DNA of 64,000 nucleotides from Candidatus Daviesbacteria bacterium (GTDB lineage Bacteria; Patescibacteriota; Microgenomatia; Daviesbacterales; UBA10151): NCBI GenBank assembly GCA_016186955.1, contig JACPKP010000003.1, positions 194,290 to 258,289 of the forward strand, read 5' to 3'. Shown piece by piece: positions 58,118 to 64,000 of this stretch (position 1 is its first letter; each line of letters starts with the position of its first letter). The notes under the pieces were generated by a model. It saw only the letters and a program-made list of their open reading frames with translations, ran no database searches and was not told where the DNA came from. The position numbers and the translations under genes were made by a program.

Positions 58118-58948
58118 ATGAACTCCGGTTTCAAAAATAGCAACATAGTAAACAAGATATATGAGCTTATTATAAGCAGATATCCATTTTTGAATAAGAG
58201 GGAAGAAGATATATTTACAAAGAAAGCGGAGACTATCAAAGCCCAATCTTCGAATGGTACATTTCAAAAAATAGAGCATTTGCTAAAAATTTTGAACAAC
58301 AAACATGCTGATATAAAAGAGCTGAAACAGTCAACAAAGCAACAAGATATATTTTTACTGAAACCGTCTTATGAATTATCAAAAGATATTTTGTATATAA
58401 AAATTCCTTCCTGGTCAAAACGGTTGGGAGATATAGACAGGGAATTGATTGATATATGCAAAATGAATGTTGATAAATATGAAAAGATTGTCATTGATGT
58501 AAGGGAAAACCAGGGTGGAAATTCCACAACAGCTCATAATTTCGCAGGGATATTTTTTAAAGATAAGGTTATCTTCGGAAAAATAATAAAAAGAGACAAA
58601 AAAGGGAAACTTGAAGAACTGAAACAAATTTTGATCCCAGATAAAGATATTTATATAGATAAAAAGATTATTATTTTAATTTCTAAAAAATGTTTTAGCT
58701 CAACAGAACTTTTCCTTGCTCCTTTTAAAGTTGCAAAACGGGCTTTACTGGTTGGTGACAAAACAGCAGGAGGCAGTGCAAATCCCATCTGTGAACCACT
58801 TATAATAAACGGTAAAAAATATGAAGTAAGGATACCCACTTGGAAATTTTTCTTAAAAGGAAAAAGAAAGCCACTAGAAGCAACGAGGATTGATCCTGAC
58901 ATAAAATATCTTAAAAATAATATTGTTGAGTATACTAAAAAGTTATAG
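58118..58948 (+). CDS. hypothetical protein, possible S41 (C-terminal processing) peptidase-like domain
   Basis: ILISKKCFSSTELFLAPFKVAKRALLVGDKTAGGSA resembles S41 Ser/Lys region; start set at ATG 58118 after proS stop. Confidence 0.4.
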   Translation: MNSGFKNSNIVNKIYELIISRYPFLNKREEDIFTKKAETIKAQSSNGTFQKIEHLLKILNNKHADIKELKQSTKQQDIFLLKPSYELSKDILYIKIPSWSKRLGDIDRELIDICKMNVDKYEKIVIDVRENQGGNSTTAHNFAGIFFKDKVIFGKIIKRDKKGKLEELKQILIPDKDIYIDKKIIILISKKCFSSTELFLAPFKVAKRALLVGDKTAGGSANPICEPLIINGKKYEVRIPTWKFFLKGKRKPLEATRIDPDIKYLKNNIVEYTKKL

Positions 58949-59040
58949 TTTTCTACTGGTACGATATTTAAAATTATCCGCTTGTCTTAAATTGTTTTAA
59001 AAATGCGTGGATTAAATGCATGGATTTTGGAACATAACCT

Positions 59041-59077
59041 GGGGCATTAAATCGCTATAGCGACTACTTGTACCAAA
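59041..59077. repeat. direct repeat copy 1 (ggggcattaaatcgctatagcgactacttgtaccaaa)
   Basis: matches 59661..59733 which has a 35-bp imperfect palindrome inserted at the centre. Confidence 0.7.
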
Positions 59078-59116
59078 TTTAAAAAAGTGGTATATGGTTA
59101 CCAAAATAATTAATAG

Positions 59117-59671
59117 ATGGCTCAAGAGAAAATTTCCACCAAAGATATACTTCAAGTGATAGCAGTTGGGGGTATTGTGGCTGCTACAGCGGTTATTCCG
59201 GCCTTGCCTATGGCATTGGCAGGCGCTTATAAAATATTTAAGTCAATAAACAAAAGAGATTTAGGGAAAGTGCTCAAACGTTTGGAAAAACAAGAAATGA
59301 TTAATTTTTATGAAGAAGATGGAAAAATCAAGATTGAAATTACAAAAAAGGGTAATAGAAGACTCTTGGAATATGATTTTGAAAATATTGAGATTAAGGC
59401 GAAGATTCGGGATGGAAAATGGAGACTTATTATTTTTGATATACCAGAGGATAAAAAAAGCGCAAGGGATGTTTTTAGGAGAAAACTAATTCAGCTGGGG
59501 TTGATAAGACTTCAGGATAGTGTCTTTGCAAGTGCATTTCCTTGTAAAAAAGAGGTAGATTTTTTGTGTCATTTCTTGGGAATTTCTGATTTTGTGACTC
59601 TTGTATCATTGGATAGGATAGAAAGAGGAGAACAGCTTATTTTCAAAAAATATTATGATTGGGGCAATTAA
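59117..59671 (+). CDS. PaaX-like / Cas2-fold domain protein with N-terminal hydrophobic segment
   Basis: WRLIIFDIPEDKKSARDVFRRKLIQLGLIRLQDSVFAS fits PaaX_C/Cas2-like pattern; no cas1 or array nearby. Confidence 0.4.
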   Translation: MAQEKISTKDILQVIAVGGIVAATAVIPALPMALAGAYKIFKSINKRDLGKVLKRLEKQEMINFYEEDGKIKIEITKKGNRRLLEYDFENIEIKAKIRDGKWRLIIFDIPEDKKSARDVFRRKLIQLGLIRLQDSVFASAFPCKKEVDFLCHFLGISDFVTLVSLDRIERGEQLIFKKYYDWGN

Positions 59672-59733
59672 TCGCTATCAGCAAGCTGTAAGCGTCGCTG
59701 ACAAGCTCTGCTTATAGCGACTGGTTGTACCAG
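59661..59733. repeat. direct repeat copy 2 (overlaps last codons of preceding gene)
   Basis: ggggcaattaatcgctat[35-bp insert]atagcgactggttgtaccaga. Confidence 0.7.
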
Positions 59734-59813
59734 ATATAGCATTTTTATCTGATGTACACTTATCAAACCTTGCCCGTTGCTTTTGAAGTCAATTTTTGGT
59801 AAATTATGATAAT

Positions 59814-59839
59814 GGATTCCCGCTTGCGCGGGAATGACA
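59814..59839. repeat. half copy (second hairpin only) of type 1 repeat: ggattcccgcttgcgcgggaatgaca
   Basis: direct reading; provides first ATG of tig ORF. Confidence 0.75.
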
Positions 59840-59845
59840 AAGTAT

Positions 59846-60940
59846 ATGATTACAAAAAATATTGTCACCCAGCCTAAATCCGTAGTGCAGGTTGATATTA
59901 CTATGCCCTGGGCAGATATACAAAAAGCCTGGGATGAAACATTGGCCAGGATGTCTGCTGACGTGGAGATTGCAGGTTTTCGGAAAGGGCAGGCTCCAAC
60001 TGCCATGGTGGAGCAGAATCTGGGCAGTAAGCTCTCAGATGAGGTTTTTAAAGTGGTAATGCCCCAGGCGCTGATTGAAGCGTTAAAAGGGAGCAATATT
60101 ATCCCCATTGACTATCCCCAATATAAAATTGTTTCATTCCAAAAAGGCGCTGACCTTAAATTTTCCGCCCGTATAACCCAGCGTCCTGTGGTGGCTGTGC
60201 AGGATTATAAATCACTCAAAGCGCAAAAACCGGCGCAAAAGACAGTCGCAGATGATGATGTCAATAAAATGATTGATGAATTATTCAAAAGATGGAAAGC
60301 ACGCCAGCCACAAGGTGTAATCCCTCCTCCTGTCCAGACAGCTCAGGGTGTAAGCGGCAGCATGAGTTTTAACCAACAGCCAACAAACAACAATCCACAA
60401 CCAACCCCCACAGTTTCTGATGCGCCGGATGATAACTTTGCTAAAGCAGTTGGCGCCGATAGCCTGGTGGATTTAAAGACAAAAATCAGGCAGGATTTGG
60501 AAAATGAAGCAAAATATAACAATGAACTTGATTTTGAGGAAGCAATCCTTCAGGAAGTTGAGAAAATAACCCAAGTTGAAATCCCTGAAGTTTTAGTCCA
60601 CGATGAGCTCAACAGAATGCTTGTTTCGCTCCAGCGGACTGTGACTGAGCGGGGGATGTTGCTTGATGAGTATTTAAAAACACAGAACAAAGCTGTGGAC
60701 CAGTTGAAGTCTGAATGGAGGCCTCAGGCTGAAAAAAATGTCAGGATGGAACTTGGGTTATCAGAAATTGCCAAACTTGAGGGTATTAATATTTCAGATG
60801 ATGAACTACAATCAGAGATAGATAAGATCCAGGATGCCCGGGTTAAAGCCCAGTTTGCCCAGGAAGAGCCAAAGATGCATCTGCGCCATGCCCTGCGCCA
60901 GACCAAAACCTTAAATCTCCTAAAAACCTTGATAGGGTAA
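59846..60940 (+). CDS. tig: trigger factor (no recognisable PPIase domain; Q/P-rich low-complexity insertion)
   Basis: N-terminal ribosome-binding domain (GFRKGQAPTAMVEQNLG ~ TF signature GFRxGxxP), C-terminal TF domain; ORF start 59834 lies in repeat. Confidence 0.7.
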   Translation: MITKNIVTQPKSVVQVDITMPWADIQKAWDETLARMSADVEIAGFRKGQAPTAMVEQNLGSKLSDEVFKVVMPQALIEALKGSNIIPIDYPQYKIVSFQKGADLKFSARITQRPVVAVQDYKSLKAQKPAQKTVADDDVNKMIDELFKRWKARQPQGVIPPPVQTAQGVSGSMSFNQQPTNNNPQPTPTVSDAPDDNFAKAVGADSLVDLKTKIRQDLENEAKYNNELDFEEAILQEVEKITQVEIPEVLVHDELNRMLVSLQRTVTERGMLLDEYLKTQNKAVDQLKSEWRPQAEKNVRMELGLSEIAKLEGINISDDELQSEIDKIQDARVKAQFAQEEPKMHLRHALRQTKTLNLLKTLIG

Positions 60941-61017
60941 TCCCATTCCGGTCAAAGCAAAATTTTGGGTTTTGGTGTACAATACCCGTAAGACATTTTA
61001 AAGGGAGGTGTTTTTAA

Positions 61018-61215
61018 ATGTCAATTATAATCAAAGCAGGGCCCAATGATACATCTGATTCTGTCATACGTAAATTCCAAAAAAGGGTGGTGTTGGAAAA
61101 GGTAGTTCAAGAATACCGCGATCGGGCTTTCCACAAAAAAGATTCCGAGAAGCGTCAGGAGAGATTGGCTGAGAAGCGCAGGAAAATAATGAGAGCCAAG
61201 CGGTACAACCAGTAA
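61018..61215 (+). CDS. rpsU: 30S ribosomal protein S21
   Basis: 65 aa basic protein, RKFQKR...AFHKK...RRK pattern. Confidence 0.85.
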   Translation: MSIIIKAGPNDTSDSVIRKFQKRVVLEKVVQEYRDRAFHKKDSEKRQERLAEKRRKIMRAKRYNQ

Positions 61216-61655
61216 TGGAAGAGAAGCTCAAAGCAGATCTAAAACAGGCACAACTTGCGCGTGATATATTGCGGGTTTCCACCTTGCGCCTTTTAATCTC
61301 AGAGATCAACAATGCCAAAATCCAAAAAGGCGATAGTTTGAGCGGGCAGGAAATGATCAATATTATCAGGCGCGAGCTTAAAAAAAGAACTGAAGCTGCG
61401 GCAGGGTTTAGACAAGGCAGCAGGGAGGAACTGGCCGGCAAGGAAGAGGCTGAGGCTGAAATTTTAAAAGCATATCTGCCTGTCCAAATGACAGATGAGG
61501 AGTTGACTAAAGTTGTGGGAGAAGTTATAACAGAGGAAGGAGTAACTTCCTTGCAGGATACGGGTAGGGTAATAGGTGTGGTGATGGGTAGAGTCGCAGG
61601 CAAGGCAGACGGGGGAAGAGTAAGCGTTTTGGTAAAAGAGAAATTGACAAACTGA
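61215..61655 (+). CDS. GatB/YqeY domain protein
   Basis: full-length YqeY similarity (DLKQAQLARD, RRELKKRTEAAAGFRQG). Confidence 0.8.
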   Translation: MEEKLKADLKQAQLARDILRVSTLRLLISEINNAKIQKGDSLSGQEMINIIRRELKKRTEAAAGFRQGSREELAGKEEAEAEILKAYLPVQMTDEELTKVVGEVITEEGVTSLQDTGRVIGVVMGRVAGKADGGRVSVLVKEKLTN

Positions 61656-61676
61656 ATATAATGATTCGATTCAGTT

Positions 61677-61741
61677 TGTCATCCCGGACTTGATCCGGGA
61701 TCCATTTTTAGTGATAGATTCCCGCTTTCGCGGGAATGACA
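61677..61741. repeat. dual-hairpin MITE/REP-like repeat, type 1 copy (yqeY-ybeY spacer)
   Basis: tgtcatcccggacttgatccgggatcc...agattcccgctttcgcgggaatgaca. Confidence 0.85.
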
Positions 61742-61747
61742 TGGTTT

Positions 61748-62164
61748 ATGGTCAATATTATAATTTCATCAGATCCTAGATACCCGGTAAATAAACTGGC
61801 AATCCAGACCTGTATTATTGGTTTGCTCAGACGCCACAGGATTATCGGCAATATTGAAATAGGGGTAACTGTGATTGGGGATAGGAAGATGCACTCTATC
61901 AACAGGAGCTACCGCGGTATAGATTCTACCACCAATATCCTCTCCTTTGCCCTGGAAGACCCAATTTCTACCAGCCAGCTCCAGCATATCCCCAGAGTAG
62001 GGTTTGTTAAATCCCCTGACAAAGTTTTAAGGCTTGGGGATATTTTAATCTCATATCCCGAGCTTTTAAAGGATGCTTCTTTAGAGGGTGTGTCTGTGGA
62101 AGAGCAGATGCTCTTTTTGGTTGAGCATGGCACCAAGCATTTGTTGGGTATTCACCACGATTAG
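61748..62164 (+). CDS. ybeY: rRNA maturation endoribonuclease YbeY
   Basis: HLLGIHHD (HxxGxxH zinc motif); ORF first ATG 61736 is inside the repeat. Confidence 0.8.
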   Translation: MVNIIISSDPRYPVNKLAIQTCIIGLLRRHRIIGNIEIGVTVIGDRKMHSINRSYRGIDSTTNILSFALEDPISTSQLQHIPRVGFVKSPDKVLRLGDILISYPELLKDASLEGVSVEEQMLFLVEHGTKHLLGIHHD

Positions 62165-62166
62165 TT

Positions 62167-63768
62167 ATGACATACTACTTAAAATACCGCCCTCAAACCC
62201 TTGATGAAATTGTTGGCCAAAAACATATCAAGGAACCTTTATACCAGGCTTTTATAAATGACAAGCTTTCCCATGCATACCTGTTTTGCGGCCTGAGGGG
62301 TACGGGTAAAACTTCAACAGCCAGGATTTTAGCCAAGATGGTCAATTGTGAGAGTTCAGAGTCAAGAGTCAAGAGCCAAGAAAAAAGTAGTAACTACCCT
62401 TGTAATAAGTGTGATTCATGCCTGTCCATAACCAATGGTTCAAATATGGATCTTATCGAGATTGATGCTGCTTCAAACCGTGGCATTGATGATATCAGGG
62501 ATTTAAAAGAAAAGATAAAGCTTGTGCCAACTGCGGGTAAAAAAAAGGTCTATATCATTGATGAGGTTCATATGTTGACCCAGGAAGCGTTTAATGCCCT
62601 GCTTAAGACTTTAGAAGAGCCTCCCAACCATGTGATGTTTATTCTGGCTACTACGGAACCTCAAAAAATTCCCCAAACCATCATGTCCAGAGTCCAAAAA
62701 ATGGAGTTTAAACAAGCAGGAACAGAAGATTTAATAGAGCTGTTAGAAAAAGTTGTTAAAAAGGAAAAAATCAGCATTGAAGATGATGCAATCAGGCTAT
62801 TGGCTAAAAAAAGTGACGGTAGTTTCAGGGATGCTTTAAAACTGCTGGAACAATTGGCTGTATCAGGGGGAGTAATTAGCAGCCAGGTGATTGAACAGAG
62901 CCTGTTGACAGGCGGGTTTGAAGATGTAGTCCTGCTTTTGGAGGCAATATCTAAAAAAGATCCCGGAAAATCACTGGCAATTTTATCTAAGCAACTGGAA
63001 AAAGGGATCAATACCAAGGAGTACTTAATCTATATTTTAGATATCCTGCGTTTTATGCTTTTAATCCAACATGGGATAGTGGAGCCGGTAAAAGAAGATT
63101 TAGGCCCTGAAAAGCTGGCAGAGATCCAAAAATTATCAGGGTGGTTTTCCCAACGGGATTTAGTAAATGCGATTAGTTTTTTCCAACAGGCTTTTGAAAA
63201 AATAAAAGTTACCTCCCATCCCGCGTTGCCTTTAGAGATTGCAGTGGTGGAGAGTAGTATGGGAGATCAGAAGCCAGATTCCGTCATTCTCTTAAGCGAG
63301 GGACGAGCGCATCCAGAATCAAACCAGTTGCAGGATTCTGGAGTCATTCCGCCATCGGCGGAATTTCCCAGAATGACGGATATTATCACTCCACCTGGCT
63401 TTTCTGATACTCAAAACTCTGACATGCCCAGGCTGCTGGATAAATGGAGTTATATTCTAGAGACGGTTAAACAGTACAACTATTCCCTGGAAGCGCTTCT
63501 GAAACAGGCCAAGGTTTTAAGCTGTGAGAAGGGGAAGCTCCTGCTAGAGGTGCCTTATTCCTTTCACCAGAGGATTTTGGAATCGCCAAAAAACAGACAG
63601 CTTTTGGAATCAGTCCTGGCTGATGTTTTGGAAAAAGAGGTTAAAGTCAGTTGCATGCTTGGTATCAAACCTGTTAGGATTGAAGAGATCGCCAATGTTG
63701 AATTGGCAGCAGATGATGAGGTGATCAGGATTGCAGCAGAGATTTTCAATTCAGAACCAATCAACTAG
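62167..63768 (+). CDS. dnaX: DNA polymerase III subunit gamma/tau (contains in-frame heptamer tract and repeat-element insertion)
   Basis: GLRGTGKTSTARILAK P-loop, IIDEVHMLT, SRVQKMEF sensor motifs. Confidence 0.9.
   Translation: MTYYLKYRPQTLDEIVGQKHIKEPLYQAFINDKLSHAYLFCGLRGTGKTSTARILAKMVNCESSESRVKSQEKSSNYPCNKCDSCLSITNGSNMDLIEIDAASNRGIDDIRDLKEKIKLVPTAGKKKVYIIDEVHMLTQEAFNALLKTLEEPPNHVMFILATTEPQKIPQTIMSRVQKMEFKQAGTEDLIELLEKVVKKEKISIEDDAIRLLAKKSDGSFRDALKLLEQLAVSGGVISSQVIEQSLLTGGFEDVVLLLEAISKKDPGKSLAILSKQLEKGINTKEYLIYILDILRFMLLIQHGIVEPVKEDLGPEKLAEIQKLSGWFSQRDLVNAISFFQQAFEKIKVTSHPALPLEIAVVESSMGDQKPDSVILLSEGRAHPESNQLQDSGVIPPSAEFPRMTDIITPPGFSDTQNSDMPRLLDKWSYILETVKQYNYSLEALLKQAKVLSCEKGKLLLEVPYSFHQRILESPKNRQLLESVLADVLEKEVKVSCMLGIKPVRIEEIANVELAADDEVIRIAAEIFNSEPIN
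62351..62380. repeat. tandem heptamer (GAGTYMA)x4 in dnaX, in frame (ESSESRVKSQE)
   Basis: gagagttcagagtcaagagtcaagagccaag. Confidence 0.8.
63283..63377. repeat. hairpin/TIR repeat element, type 3 (inside dnaX, in frame)
   Basis: gtcattct...ccagaatc...gattctgg...cattccgccatcggcggaat...agaatgac; TIR gtcattct/agaatgac. Confidence 0.7.
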
Positions 63769-63807
63769 TGACTAGTGGTTGGTAACTAGTTACTATAGTT
63801 AGGGAGG

Positions 63808-64000
63808 TGATAAATCTTGAGAGAAAGAGAAACAGATTTAGAAATCTATGATTATGATGATAGTGGTGACGAGATAGACCTGTCCCATTTAAGCCCGGAA
63901 GAGGCGGAAAAAGTCCGCAGGATTATTAGGTTAAATGAAGAATTTGATCAAAAAATTAATGAGCAAATTCAAATTGAAGAGGATATTTCTTGGTTGGAGG
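63808..64000 (+). CDS. hypothetical protein, 5' part (runs off window)
   Basis: GTG at 63808 preceded by SD tagggaggt; open to window end; acidic N-terminus. Confidence 0.35.

Noticed and set aside
59117-59671. Cas2 and a CRISPR locus
   Set aside because: The Cas2-like sequence pattern is equally typical of the PaaX C-terminal domain. The protein is twice Cas2 length with a hydrophobic N-terminus. No cas1 and no regularly spaced repeat-spacer array anywhere in the window.
59668-60108. Minus-strand ORFs containing VIPAQAGIH / VIPAKAGIY (also 61708..61902)
   Set aside because: These peptides are simply translations of the gcgggaatgac hairpin repeat. The ORFs overlap well-supported plus-strand genes (tig, ybeY).
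63780-63800. actagt-rich string (ctagtgactagtggttggtaactagttactatagtt) as repeat element
   Set aside because: Short, single locus, probably just spacer/RBS region between dnaX and the next gene.
1-64000. CRISPR array among the many palindromic repeats
   Set aside because: Repeat copies are kilobases apart, differ in length and lie inside genes. There is no repeat-spacer periodicity.

Overview
The window is AT-rich (roughly 40% GC) and gene-dense, with many short genes and many 'hypothetical' proteins. The small EF-Ts, S21, archaeal-type ProRS and a long tandem-domain ThyX suggest a reduced-genome bacterium, possibly Patescibacteria/CPR-like. Lineage is an inference; no search was run.

Recognisable housekeeping genes:
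- start of window to 5.6 kb: P5C dehydrogenase, YjbQ, uppS, an M50 protease, and def-fmt on the minus strand
- 10-12.5 kb: mreB translationally coupled to a tryptophanase-family lyase
- 18-20.8 kb: pyrE-pyrF-pyrD on the minus strand
- 22-25.2 kb: mreC-mreD-PBP2
- 25.8-32.3 kb: dprA, a Clp/Hsp100 ATPase with a transmembrane N-terminus, topA
- 38-44 kb: pyrG, then a thymidylate cluster (dcd, two Tmk-like genes of which one is fused to an NDT-like domain, tandem ThyX)
- 44-50 kb: a secreted GH16 glucanase with Pro-Thr linkers, an HNH nuclease, rpsB-tsf-frr-rseP (no pyrH)
- 50-64 kb: an alpha/beta hydrolase, NUDIX, patatin, T-box-controlled proS, trigger factor, rpsU, yqeY, ybeY, dnaX

Accessory or unusual content:
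1. A family of about 65-115 bp dual-hairpin, TIR-bounded MITE/REP-like repeats. There are at least 8 copies; several are inserted in frame inside fmt, topA and dnaX, others sit in intergenic spacers of the ribosomal cluster.
2. Identical (GAGTCAA)n heptamer tracts in frame in both topA and dnaX.
3. A 4.9 kb block at 13.1-18.0 kb bounded by 25 bp hairpin inverted repeats. It carries a 920-aa unknown protein, a ~65% GC compositional island and a poxvirus-type topoisomerase IB.
4. An all-hypothetical island at 32.3-38.0 kb with two paralogous proteins flanking a coiled-coil protein, a possible HD hydrolase and an HExxH protein.
5. An IS200/RAYT-type Y1 transposase flanked by inverted REP-like hairpins, with a third REP copy and two cargo ORFs.
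6. A caspase/CHAT-like protein next to a TPR-containing Wzy-like membrane protein.
7. Two DUF433/DUF5615 toxin-antitoxin-like pairs.
8. A PaaX/Cas2-fold gene flanked by about 37 bp direct repeats.

No CRISPR array, rRNA or convincing tRNA was found.
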